Virus record (IMG/VR): IMGVR_UViG_3300034158_000007
Coordinates: 70,616-134,615 of that record
Length of the DNA stretch: 64,000 bases
Reading direction: 5' to 3' (one strand)
Source: a virus
The notes under the pieces are model-generated. The model had not been told where the DNA came from and searched no databases. It saw only the letters and a list, made by a program, of their open reading frames with translations. Position numbers and translations under genes: made by a program. Below, one piece after another: positions 38,492 through 48,018 of the stretch; the stretch's first letter is position 1; each line of letters starts with the position of its first letter.

Positions 38492-41400
38492 ATGGCTGAT
38501 CAAAAGCAAGCAGGTATGATCTCTGGTATGTCGCCACTGGCGGTCATCACCGGCGACGAACTGATGGAAGTATCCAGCCGTCAGGTTGACGGTACCTGGA
38601 AAACATTTTCGATCTTGATCAACAAGATCCGTACTAACCAAGGTCTTTCTGCGTATGAAGTAGCGGTGGTTAACGGCTTCACCGGCACCCAAGCAGAATG
38701 GTTGGAATCTCTCGTAGGTAAATCAGCGTATGAAATCGCTGTTGACCTAGGCTTCGTAGGTACTGAAGCTGAATTCATTGCATCACTCGTCGGTCCCTCC
38801 GCTTATGATGAAGCTGTTAAAGCTGGCTACAACGGTACTGAAGCTGAATGGCTAAAGTCGCTGGAAGGTAAGTCCGCTTATCAGCTCGCAGTCATCAATG
38901 GCTTCGTAGGCGATGTAACCGCATGGCTGAAGTCTTTGGAAGGTAAGAACGCCTACCAGATCGCTAAGGAACTCGATCCAACGATCGGTACTGAAGCTGA
39001 ATGGATTGAATCCTTGGCTGGTGCATCTGCATACGACGTGGCCGTAGAAAACGGTTTTGTTGGTACCCAAGAAGCCTGGCTGACCTCCCTCCAGGGTAAG
39101 TCCGCTTACCAAGTATGGGTTGCACAAGGTAACACCGGTACTGAGGCAGATTACCTTCTGTCCCTGAAAGGCCAAGACGGTACTAATGGTACCAATGGTA
39201 AGTCTGCTTATCAGATCTGGGTTGACGAAGGTCACGTAGGTGATGAGGCTGCATTCCTGCTGTCTCTGAAAGGGACTGATGGCGTTAATGGTCTTAGCGC
39301 ATACCAAGTCTGGGAAGCCCAGCCCGCCAACACCGGTAAAACTGAAGCACAGTTTATCACTGCCATCACTGGTAAAAACGGTACTGACGGTGAGTCTGCT
39401 TATGAGATCTGGGAATCTCAACCGGGTAACACCGGTAAAACAGAACTGGAGTTTCTGGAGGCTATCACCGGTAAAGACGGTAAGTCTGCATATGACCTGT
39501 GGGTAGCGGTACCAGCAAACGCTGGTAAGTCCGAAGCCGAGTTCTTGGAGTCCTTGAAAGGTAAGGATGGTACCAACGGTACTAATGGCCAATCGGCATA
39601 TGAACTGTGGGAATCTCAACCAGCTAACTCCGGTAAATCGGAAGCTGAATTCCTGACTTCTTTGGAAGGTGATTCGGCTTACCAAGTGTGGCTGAATGAA
39701 GGTAACGTTGGTGATGTAGCCGCCTACCTGCTGTCGCTTAAAGGTCAGATCGGTGCAGACGGTAAGTCCGCTTATCAGGTATGGCTTGATGCTGGTAACG
39801 TAGGTACTGCCGATGCATTCCTTCTGAGCCTCAAGGGTGAGAAAGGTAAAGACGGCACCAATGGTACTAACGGTACCAATGGTCAGGCTATTAATATCAT
39901 CGCAACGATCGATCAGGAACAATTTGATCAAATCGTAGCTGACAACCAATCTGTTGTTGGTGACGGTTACATCGTCGGTGATATCTTCCAGCTGTTGGGC
40001 GAAGATGGTTGGGTTCCTTCCAATCCTATCGTCGGTCCTGCTGGTAAGGGTCTGAACTATCTGGGTACCTGGCCAACTGGTGGTGCTCTGCCACTGGGTC
40101 CTACCTTCGTAGCTGGTGACACTTACATCTGGGGTGCTACTGAAGATAAGAAGTCCCTGTGGACTCTGATCGAAGCTGATCCTGATAAAGGTATCGTACA
40201 GCACTGGGTTGACATTGGTGTACCGGGTCCTCGTGGCGCTTCGGCATACGAAACTTGGCTCGCTCTACCGGGTAATGCTGGTAAGCCTGAGGCCGACTTC
40301 ATCGCCGCCATCAAAGGTGGTAAGGGTGATACCGGTCTGACTGGTCCTGATGGTAAGTCTGCCTTCGTGGTGTGGCAAGAAGAAGCGGGTAATGCCGGTA
40401 AGACGGAAGAAGAGTTCTTTGCCTTCCTGACTGGTAAGTCTGCTTATCAAGCCGCCGTTGATGGTGGTTTCACTGGTACCCAACCTGAGTGGCTTGAATC
40501 GCTGAAAGGCGAATCTGCATACCAACTCGCGGTTGAAGGTGGTTACACCGGTACACAGGTTGAGTGGATCGCATCCCTCCACGGTAAGTCTGCTTATGAG
40601 ATCGCTGTAGCTGGCGGTTACGTAGGTACTGAAGTACAGTGGGTCGCCTCGCTGAAAGGTGAGAAAGGCGAAGCTGCTATCGCTTTCGAAATCATCGCTA
40701 AGCTGACCGATGTTAGCGAACTCCCGAAACCGGGTGACCCTACTCGTGCGTATTACGTTGGTAAAGATCTGTACGTTTGGATCGATGCTGAAAACGACTA
40801 CGAGAACATGGGTGCCTTGGATGGCCAATCAGCTTACGAGCTGTGGGTAGCACAACCGGGTAATGCTGGTAAAACTGAAGCACAATTCCTGCAATCTCTG
40901 CACGGTAAGAATCTTCAGGTTCTGGGTACCAAAGCTAACGAAGCTGCTATTAAGGCTATCGTTGATCCAGTTGAGCAAGATGCATGGCTCGCTGCTGACA
41001 CTGATCACCTGTGGATCTTTGCTGGTGGTACGTGGATCGATGCTGGTAAGTTTGGTGGTGACAACGGTAAGTCTGCTTACGAACTCTGGGAAGAGCAAGC
41101 TGGTAACGTAGGTAAGACTGAGCAAGAGTTCTTGGACTCCCTGAAAGGGACTAACGGCACCAATGGTACTAACGGTACCAATGGCGAGTCCGCCTACGAG
41201 TTGTGGGAATCTCAACCAGCTAACACTGGTAAGTCTGAGACCGAGTTCCTCCAGTCGTTGAAAGGTACTGACGGCACTGACGGTAAATCAGCTTACGAGC
41301 TGTACGTTGATGGCGGCGGTCTCCTGACTGAACCTGAGTGGCTCCTGTCGCTTAAAGGTAAGGATGGCGTTAACGGTACCACCACTAGCTATAAAGGCGC

Positions 41401-43135
41401 TCTGCCGACTGTAGCTGACCTGACTCCATACGTTGCAACTGCACAACTGAACGATGCGTACTCCATCACTGCTACTGGTGATCTGCACGTGTTCAACGGT
41501 ACCGCATTTGTGAACATGGGTCGCTGGCGTGGTCTGGATGGCACCAACGGTACTAATGGTACCAATGGTCAATCTGCTTACCAAGTGTGGCAGACCATCC
41601 CAGGTAACGAAGATAAGACGGTTACGGAATACATCGCTTCGCTGAAAGGCGCAAACGGTCTGAGCATCAATCCGAAAGGTAATGTTGCTAACGTAGCTGC
41701 TCTTGACGCTATCAACCCTAAAGTAACCAATGACGCTTACACCGTTAACGATACAGGTCACCTGTTCGTTTACAACGGTACCGCGTGGATTGACTTCGGT
41801 TACATGCGTGGTGCTGATGGTCTCCAAGGTTCGGTAGGTCAGGGTCTGAACATCGTAGCTCAGTACGAGCTGTTGAGTGAACGTCCTGCCGCTGACACAC
41901 TGGCAATCGGTGACGCAGTGTTTGTGGTTGAAACCCACATGCTGTATCAAGTAAACGATGCTGGCGTTTGGGGTCCAGGTATCCTGATCCAAGGTCCTGA
42001 GGGTGAAGAAGGTCCAGAAGGTAAGCAAGGTCCGATGGGTCCAGCGGTTAACATCGTTGGTACTTACCCTGACTTGGCTGCCCTGCAAGCCGCACACCCA
42101 ACAGGTGTGGTTGGTGATGGTTACCTGATCGTTGGTGATCTGTGGCTGTGGAACGAAACTGATGCAGTGTACTACAACGCTGGTAACATCAAAGGTCCTA
42201 AAGGTGACGACGGTCCTATCGGTAAGACAGGTCTGAAGGGTAACATTGGTCTGACTGGTCCACGTGGCTCCGTATGGATCTACCTGCCAGCTGGTCAACA
42301 AGCTCCGACTGCCATTAACGGTAAAGACGGTGACTGGGCTATCGCTGACGGCTTCGTGGTGTTCTACCGTTCTGGTGACATCTGGACTCGCTTCGGTGTA
42401 CTGGCTCCAGGCGGCGTAGAGTCTCCTGACGTTGCACTGGGTCGTGTAGTCCGTCTGGGTAACCAGTGGGTTGCTGAATCGGTACCGGCTGTTACAACTC
42501 CAGTAGTTGATAAACAGTACGTCATGGTTGGTATCGCTGGCGGTAAAACAGAATGGAAAGAAATTACCATTCCTGCATCGGGCGTGCCTGATGTACCTGC
42601 TAACACCACCATTCCACAAGCCCGTACTTCCGCTGGCTGGGTTGCCACCGTTCCGACCATCACTGGTTTGACCGCTGGTAAACGCTTCGAGTTGAAAGAT
42701 GGTGCGTGGGTCGAGTCGGTTATCCAAGTTGCAGTTGGTGCAAGCACTAAACCACAGGCTTACAAAGTTACTGGTGGTGTAGGCTCATGGGTAGATGTAT
42801 CGATCGACACCTACAGTCTGGTGATCAACACCACTGCGTCGACTGGTACCTTCACACCAGACTTCACTGCACAGCAAACCTTCCGTGTTGGTACTGGTAC
42901 TAAACCTACCATCAACCTGACTGCATTTACCACCGGGCGTTCCATGCTGGCGGTATTCGTATTGGAAGGCGCCACTAACAAAGCAGATTTCATTGCTTCG
43001 GGTGCTGGTTCCGCTGTTGCGTTCAACGCTGGCGTAGCCGCCGCTGACATTGAGTACGGTGCTAGTCAGACCGTGATCACTGCCTTCTGGAACGGCTTCG
43101 GTACTTGGATCATCTCTAAGGGTCCTTCGTACTAA
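38492..43135 (+). CDS. Long fibre protein (gp145/146 position) with about 24 G-x-SAY repeats, collagen-like GXY runs and globular knobs
   Basis: GKSAY[EQ].[WA]...G..GT..EWL.SL.G repeats; GTNGTNGTNG and GPEGEEGPEGKQGPMGP runs; N-terminal ISGM..L..ITGDEL.EV anchor-like motif. Confidence 0.85.
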   Translation: MADQKQAGMISGMSPLAVITGDELMEVSSRQVDGTWKTFSILINKIRTNQGLSAYEVAVVNGFTGTQAEWLESLVGKSAYEIAVDLGFVGTEAEFIASLVGPSAYDEAVKAGYNGTEAEWLKSLEGKSAYQLAVINGFVGDVTAWLKSLEGKNAYQIAKELDPTIGTEAEWIESLAGASAYDVAVENGFVGTQEAWLTSLQGKSAYQVWVAQGNTGTEADYLLSLKGQDGTNGTNGKSAYQIWVDEGHVGDEAAFLLSLKGTDGVNGLSAYQVWEAQPANTGKTEAQFITAITGKNGTDGESAYEIWESQPGNTGKTELEFLEAITGKDGKSAYDLWVAVPANAGKSEAEFLESLKGKDGTNGTNGQSAYELWESQPANSGKSEAEFLTSLEGDSAYQVWLNEGNVGDVAAYLLSLKGQIGADGKSAYQVWLDAGNVGTADAFLLSLKGEKGKDGTNGTNGTNGQAINIIATIDQEQFDQIVADNQSVVGDGYIVGDIFQLLGEDGWVPSNPIVGPAGKGLNYLGTWPTGGALPLGPTFVAGDTYIWGATEDKKSLWTLIEADPDKGIVQHWVDIGVPGPRGASAYETWLALPGNAGKPEADFIAAIKGGKGDTGLTGPDGKSAFVVWQEEAGNAGKTEEEFFAFLTGKSAYQAAVDGGFTGTQPEWLESLKGESAYQLAVEGGYTGTQVEWIASLHGKSAYEIAVAGGYVGTEVQWVASLKGEKGEAAIAFEIIAKLTDVSELPKPGDPTRAYYVGKDLYVWIDAENDYENMGALDGQSAYELWVAQPGNAGKTEAQFLQSLHGKNLQVLGTKANEAAIKAIVDPVEQDAWLAADTDHLWIFAGGTWIDAGKFGGDNGKSAYELWEEQAGNVGKTEQEFLDSLKGTNGTNGTNGTNGESAYELWESQPANTGKSETEFLQSLKGTDGTDGKSAYELYVDGGGLLTEPEWLLSLKGKDGVNGTTTSYKGALPTVADLTPYVATAQLNDAYSITATGDLHVFNGTAFVNMGRWRGLDGTNGTNGTNGQSAYQVWQTIPGNEDKTVTEYIASLKGANGLSINPKGNVANVAALDAINPKVTNDAYTVNDTGHLFVYNGTAWIDFGYMRGADGLQGSVGQGLNIVAQYELLSERPAADTLAIGDAVFVVETHMLYQVNDAGVWGPGILIQGPEGEEGPEGKQGPMGPAVNIVGTYPDLAALQAAHPTGVVGDGYLIVGDLWLWNETDAVYYNAGNIKGPKGDDGPIGKTGLKGNIGLTGPRGSVWIYLPAGQQAPTAINGKDGDWAIADGFVVFYRSGDIWTRFGVLAPGGVESPDVALGRVVRLGNQWVAESVPAVTTPVVDKQYVMVGIAGGKTEWKEITIPASGVPDVPANTTIPQARTSAGWVATVPTITGLTAGKRFELKDGAWVESVIQVAVGASTKPQAYKVTGGVGSWVDVSIDTYSLVINTTASTGTFTPDFTAQQTFRVGTGTKPTINLTAFTTGRSMLAVFVLEGATNKADFIASGAGSAVAFNAGVAAADIEYGASQTVITAFWNGFGTWIISKGPSY

Positions 43136-43179
43136 AGACAACATATTGCCCCTCCTCACGGAGGGGCTTTATGCCGTTA
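43135..43179. repeat. 45-bp palindromic element, exact copy 2
   Basis: Identical to 24733-24777; lies between convergent stop codons. Confidence 0.9.
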
Positions 43180-43980
43180 CTCAGGAATCAGTTCAGACTC
43201 TTCTGGAGTTAAGTCAGCTACTTCCTCGTCCTTAGTGCTTGGGAAAGCTGGACGATCAGCGCCATGAACGTTAATCACGCTGAAGTAACTAGCGTCGATC
43301 CATTCAAAGTCCATGTGGATAAGTTTCTCAAAACGGAAAGCATCCAAGATGTATTGCTTCGCTTGTGGCGTCATCTTACTAACGTCAGCTTCAAAGATCG
43401 TAGGACCAATGAAGTTAAAGCAGTTCATCCGTGCTTTACCTAAACCCACAGCATGAGTCTTAGTCCACTCCCCGAATTCGTACATAATGCATGCAGCGAA
43501 GTTCTCGTTCATGAAGTCAGGCGTAAGCTCCACCAACGGTACAGAGATCATTTCAACCTCTGTCATCGAACCGTAGAAGTAATGCATGATTGCCCGTACA
43601 GATTCGATACCATCTGGGGTAAGTTCGTATGGCCAATAGTTAACCACCAAACTAACGGCGTCGTCTGGTTCAGACATTTGGTTCATCTTGTTAACTTGGT
43701 CATCCGTCAGGAGTCGCATGATGAATGGCGTTATGTTAGTACGGACCGAATGTTGTAAGGTATCGTTAGTGTTACTACCCCCACGTTCTTTATAAGCCGT
43801 GTTGAACTCCTCGGTCGTGATCTTACCATGGGTCAATACATCCCAGTTATCATTCTCACGCGTCCAGTAGTCATTAGTCTCTAGGAGCTTCTTAGCGACG
43901 TCCGGATCTAATCTGGCAATGGTGCCAAGGCGCGTGTCTAAATGAATGTCTAGGGGTGTCAGGATTCGTTTAAGCCCCAT
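43177..43980 (-). CDS. Conserved jumbo-phage protein (gp147-like)
   Basis: I.LD.LLDTRLGT-like N-terminus (IHLDTRLGTI), L.VN.WPY.L; synteny. Confidence 0.7.
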   Translation of the reverse strand: MGLKRILTPLDIHLDTRLGTIARLDPDVAKKLLETNDYWTRENDNWDVLTHGKITTEEFNTAYKERGGSNTNDTLQHSVRTNITPFIMRLLTDDQVNKMNQMSEPDDAVSLVVNYWPYELTPDGIESVRAIMHYFYGSMTEVEMISVPLVELTPDFMNENFAACIMYEFGEWTKTHAVGLGKARMNCFNFIGPTIFEADVSKMTPQAKQYILDAFRFEKLIHMDFEWIDASYFSVINVHGADRPAFPSTKDEEVADLTPEESELIPE

Positions 43981-44458
43981 CTTTAGCCCCCCTGCCTTTA
44001 CCCTTAGGTATTAATGTCGATAGATACGCATTAACTACCCGCATATTGGTAGCCGCGTACATCAAGAAGAACAGCCAGTAGTTATTCAACAGGACTTGTT
44101 CAAGCTCTGTATGCTCTACTGCTTTCTTAAGCGTCTCGTTATCCACAATGGCAGTCTTGTTAGTGAATGGAACGAAAGCACCCACGAACTTCTTAATAGC
44201 CACATCAATGTCGTCGATTGCTTGTACAAAGGTTGCGGTCGTAGTCATCAACGTTTGGATATTAGAGGTTACATTACGTAACTTATCCCACACGTGTTTC
44301 TCAGCATAGTCGTCAGTCATCATAATGAGATTCAGGTCACCCCGAATCTCAGTAATGGTGTCAATCAGTTTATGCGAGTGCGCTACGTCCTCAGCGTTGA
44401 ACAGTTCATCCAAGGCTTCAACCAAAGCTTCTTTAAGCTGGTTGTTGAGGTCTGACAT
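43970..44458 (-). CDS. Hypothetical protein (gp148 position)
   Basis: Clean ORF coupled to both neighbours. Confidence 0.7.
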   Translation of the reverse strand: MSDLNNQLKEALVEALDELFNAEDVAHSHKLIDTITEIRGDLNLIMMTDDYAEKHVWDKLRNVTSNIQTLMTTTATFVQAIDDIDVAIKKFVGAFVPFTNKTAIVDNETLKKAVEHTELEQVLLNNYWLFFLMYAATNMRVVNAYLSTLIPKGKGRGAKDGA

Positions 44459-44460
44459 AG

Positions 44461-45135
44461 TTACACCAAGTTGTTATTCAAGTGCTGAGCTTTGAGATAT
44501 ACCGAAAGGGTCTTGTTAGACTTAACAGTACTATCGAACTCAGTCATGATGGAGTTAATTGAAGCTTCACCAGTTTCAATGATGGAGCGGTTCATAGCGA
44601 GGTAAGCTTGTTCATCACCACCACGACATTTGATCATCTCACGGATCATGTCATGCAAACCTTTCGATGCGTTCACCTGAAGCTCAGGAGCCGACAGACG
44701 AGCACCTTTCGAGTCACCGGTAGGTTGGCCTGTACGTTGGTCTACAACGTGGTTAGACGAGGGGATAGAAGCCTTCTTGACCAACATCTGTACCTGACGG
44801 CGGAAAGGAACGATACCCACAAGGTGTTTGTTCGCAGTACGGTACGTTTGGCCGGTTTGTTGGTCGGTGAGAATCACGTGCTGGAATAGATCGTATTCCA
44901 GTTCATCCGCAATCGCGTAGATGGTATTCATCTGAAGCGTTTGCTCTTGGAGGTTCGGCGCGAAGAGAGCCATGATTTCAGAATCATCCTCCAGTCGCTC
45001 GATCCATTCCAAAAAGTCTTTATCTGTCATGGATGCAAACATCTCCTCATACACCTGAGGGTTTGCAGAGCCTGGAAGGAATTTACTAATCCAATAGATG
45101 GCTTCCTTCTCAGCCAGTTTTCTGTCATTAGCCAT
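44461..45135 (-). CDS. Virion RNA polymerase beta subunit, C-terminal fragment (phiKZ gp149-like)
   Basis: RRQ.Q...KK, DQRTGQPTGDSKGARLS.PE (beta QP..G...GG.R.GEME equivalent), IK.RGGD. Confidence 0.85.
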   Translation of the reverse strand: MANDRKLAEKEAIYWISKFLPGSANPQVYEEMFASMTDKDFLEWIERLEDDSEIMALFAPNLQEQTLQMNTIYAIADELEYDLFQHVILTDQQTGQTYRTANKHLVGIVPFRRQVQMLVKKASIPSSNHVVDQRTGQPTGDSKGARLSAPELQVNASKGLHDMIREMIKCRGGDEQAYLAMNRSIIETGEASINSIMTEFDSTVKSNKTLSVYLKAQHLNNNLV

Positions 45136-45161
45136 GATAGCCTCCGGTTAAAGTCATACGA

Positions 45162-45467
45162 TTACTTAACTAGAGCACCATAGATCGGGGCTACGTTTGT
45201 ATCGGTGCAGCTTGGTAGACGCTTCTTAACGAGGTACGGAAATACCTTAGCTACGAAGGTGGTATGCCATTGGTCGAAATCCTCTGTAACCAACAGCGCA
45301 GCTCGAAGATCCATGGTATTACCCGGATACTGAGCCAACAACCCATGGAAGTAACTATTCAACTGGGCTACATCCTGACACTGACCCATACGTCGGTAAA
45401 GGTCTTCGGTTAACTCTACATCTTTCCCTCTCAGGGAACACAACAGTTTCATTTTCAGGTCGGTCAT
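45162..45467 (-). CDS. Hypothetical protein (101 aa)
   Basis: RBS-like AGG; packed operon. Confidence 0.7.
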   Translation of the reverse strand: MTDLKMKLLCSLRGKDVELTEDLYRRMGQCQDVAQLNSYFHGLLAQYPGNTMDLRAALLVTEDFDQWHTTFVAKVFPYLVKKRLPSCTDTNVAPIYGALVK

Positions 45468-45476
45468 AAAAAATAC

Positions 45477-45824
45477 CTATTTTATCTCACCACGGTAAAT
45501 AGCCTCCGTGTGCTTAATAAGGAATTGGACAAGTAGATGGCGATGGCAGAATTTGCCGGGTGGACAATAACAGCCAACAGCCAAGAGTTCTATATTGAAT
45601 AAGTCTCGGAAGTATTCTGGGTATTCCAGTAATCGAGACTCAAGGAGTTTGTTATACTCGATGGCGTAGTCTTCGTCGGAAAGTCCATGGTACTTATATG
45701 CTGACAGTAACTCCCATGTGGGAGCGAGCATCCAGTCACCAGACTTAATGCTCGTATCCATGTAGGGTACGCCCCGATCCTTTACTTTGTGGACACGGGA
45801 TAATTGGTACGTATGGACTTGCAT
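45477..45824 (-). CDS. DUF488/YeaO-like protein
   Basis: LAPTWELL..YK, Y...Y..LL and C-terminal L.CYC....FCHRHLL motifs. Confidence 0.65.
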   Translation of the reverse strand: MQVHTYQLSRVHKVKDRGVPYMDTSIKSGDWMLAPTWELLSAYKYHGLSDEDYAIEYNKLLESRLLEYPEYFRDLFNIELLAVGCYCPPGKFCHRHLLVQFLIKHTEAIYRGEIK

Positions 45825-45827
45825 CGA

Positions 45828-46403
45828 TTATAAACTCGCAGTTACCATCGTTGGATCGAGTGGTTCCCCACCTGCTACGCGACGCATCTTCTCTTCCGCG
45901 ACTTTCCGAAAGACTACGTCAAATTTCTCAGGGGACAAGTAAGCAATGGCGTCAACCAAGATCTTCTGCTCATCCACAGGTTTTTCTTTGATACGAAATT
46001 CGATCTCATCGCCACAACCGTTAGGGAAACCCTTTCTACGACCGTGGTAGATGTAGTCAACTGTCGATGGAATGATAATGGGTTGACCATTATCGTCCAA
46101 TACCCGATCACCCTTACGATGATCGTAAATGACGTTACCGTTACAGTCGAATGTCACCCGACCGTGTTCATCAGGCCGAGGCACATCTTCCGGGTAGGTA
46201 GCGTAGTGAGTAATGCTACCACCCGGTATTCCACCAATAGCCCGCTCAAAGGCACTGCTGTCACTTCCGCGACTACGATGGTGTTGAGCCATCGTGTAAC
46301 CACCTATTCTTTCTGACATGGGGATACCTACCAAGTCTGCTTCTTTGGGACGTTCACGGCGAACGGTGTATATCCCGTGGCCGTGATCTATCAGTTGGTC
46401 CAT
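45828..46403 (-). CDS. Hypothetical protein (191 aa)
   Basis: RBS AAGGA; coupled downstream. Confidence 0.7.
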   Translation of the reverse strand: MDQLIDHGHGIYTVRRERPKEADLVGIPMSERIGGYTMAQHHRSRGSDSSAFERAIGGIPGGSITHYATYPEDVPRPDEHGRVTFDCNGNVIYDHRKGDRVLDDNGQPIIIPSTVDYIYHGRRKGFPNGCGDEIEFRIKEKPVDEQKILVDAIAYLSPEKFDVVFRKVAEEKMRRVAGGEPLDPTMVTASL

Positions 46404-46462
46404 ATTACTTATCCTTTAAATGCCCCGCACCTAAGCGCGGGTCTATATCGGTATTGTCTGGA

Positions 46463-47911
46463 TTACTTGGTTTGGGTAGCAGCGCCTTTAGCAAGGGCGA
46501 GAGGAATGATCTTAGCTTTATCTGCATCGGACATCCAGTAAGGTTTGTAATCGCCTGTGCGCATGCGCAGGAGATCGTAGGTGGACAGGAAGTTCTTCTC
46601 GCTCAAGTGTGCGTCTTCTTCGAACATCCAATAACCGCGAGTTTTAGTCAGGATAACATCCCAATCATAACCCATTGCTTTCAGGTCTTCGTACAGTTCT
46701 TTTGGAGTACACACTTGTTCGGCGGTCCAACGTTGGAACATGATCAACTGAAGCATTTCCGATTGGATCTCTACGGCACGACGCAGTGCAGGAGTTTCAT
46801 CAAGTTTCTTACGCACTACGGTACGACCCAACTTAACATCAGGGCACAGCTCAACGTAGTAGTTGATGTTGTTACCACCGATACCCCAACCTGCTTCTTT
46901 GCAGTAGTCGAACTCAGACAGCGATGGCAGCAAGCCTTCAGTTTGAGAAACGATCAGGTTGAATGGTAGACCAGTGATACCACCTTTACCACGCAGGTTC
47001 TTAATCTCCAATACACGGAGGTCAGAGTCACCTTGAATAGCGGTAGAGTTGTCCAGTGGGTAGACAGGCATCTTCTCTTTGTTCAGCATAACCTTGTTGG
47101 ACATGATGTCCCACACGTTGTTAGGCAGTGAATAGAAGCCAGACGATACACCTTTCAATACGGTGTCACGTTTCATCTCACTGAGGTTACGCTTATCAGT
47201 TGGATACATCTCCATCTGAATGATGTCACCAACGTGAGCGGTCAGGATCATGTAAGTACCAGTCTTGGCACATACCTGAGGCAGTTGGTTGAACAACTGG
47301 TTCTTAGCCTTACCGTTGGTCATTGCGTCAGTGTTGTTACCAGAAGCGCCGATGGCGTTCTTCTCGTACATATCAGCAACAGCGGTAACGATGAACTTAG
47401 AGAAGCTATCGATGAAGCCGGTAGTTGGATACAAGCACTTCTTGTTATTACCGTTGATATCCAAGAAAGGAGTAGAACGGATATGCGTCTTAGCATCCTT
47501 CTCTTTCTCAGTCAATGCGGTACGGAACAGTTTAAAGAACTCATCACCGGTATAACGGGACAAGTCGGTAAATACGAACTGCTCATCGTTTTCCCAATCG
47601 ATACTACCCAGTTCCTCAATGGCTTTAGCCAAAGACGAGAAACGCTGTACAGGGTTCAGTGTACCCTCTGTATCGTAGATGAGTGAGTAACTGCCTGGGT
47701 GGGCTCGACGAGCCATAGCGATCATGTAGACGCCCAGAGCGGTCTTAAAGTTGTTTGGTCGGGAAGCGATACCAGTCAGCGAACCGAGGCCGCCGTTCAT
47801 GATCATCTCACCGTGCTTTCCCTGCTCGTACTTACCGGTGGGAATATCCATCATACAGCCGATGTTCAGTGCTGGCCGGAAAGCAGGTTTCTCAAAATGG
47901 TTTGCGAACAT
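46463..47911 (-). CDS. uvsX: UvsX/RecA-like recombinase (gp152-like)
   Basis: LNIGC.MDIPTG, NGG, Walker A variant RPNNFKT, YDTEGT, Walker B FIDSFS, KNLRGK.G. Confidence 0.85.
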   Translation of the reverse strand: MFANHFEKPAFRPALNIGCMMDIPTGKYEQGKHGEMIMNGGLGSLTGIASRPNNFKTALGVYMIAMARRAHPGSYSLIYDTEGTLNPVQRFSSLAKAIEELGSIDWENDEQFVFTDLSRYTGDEFFKLFRTALTEKEKDAKTHIRSTPFLDINGNNKKCLYPTTGFIDSFSKFIVTAVADMYEKNAIGASGNNTDAMTNGKAKNQLFNQLPQVCAKTGTYMILTAHVGDIIQMEMYPTDKRNLSEMKRDTVLKGVSSGFYSLPNNVWDIMSNKVMLNKEKMPVYPLDNSTAIQGDSDLRVLEIKNLRGKGGITGLPFNLIVSQTEGLLPSLSEFDYCKEAGWGIGGNNINYYVELCPDVKLGRTVVRKKLDETPALRRAVEIQSEMLQLIMFQRWTAEQVCTPKELYEDLKAMGYDWDVILTKTRGYWMFEEDAHLSEKNFLSTYDLLRMRTGDYKPYWMSDADKAKIIPLALAKGAATQTK

Positions 47912-48018
47912 TGTTTATTCCTGTGGGTGGGTTGTGGATTACATTTGATTGGTATTAAGCGTAATTTTATGTTAACAGTGTCGCGACTGTAATTAATAAC
48001 TTTATAAGGTGCCTTAAA

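Noticed and set aside
38630-41700. Regularly spaced DNA repeats resembling a CRISPR array or DGR template
   Set aside because: The repeats are degenerate at third codon positions and in frame with protein repeats; no cas or reverse transcriptase gene is present.
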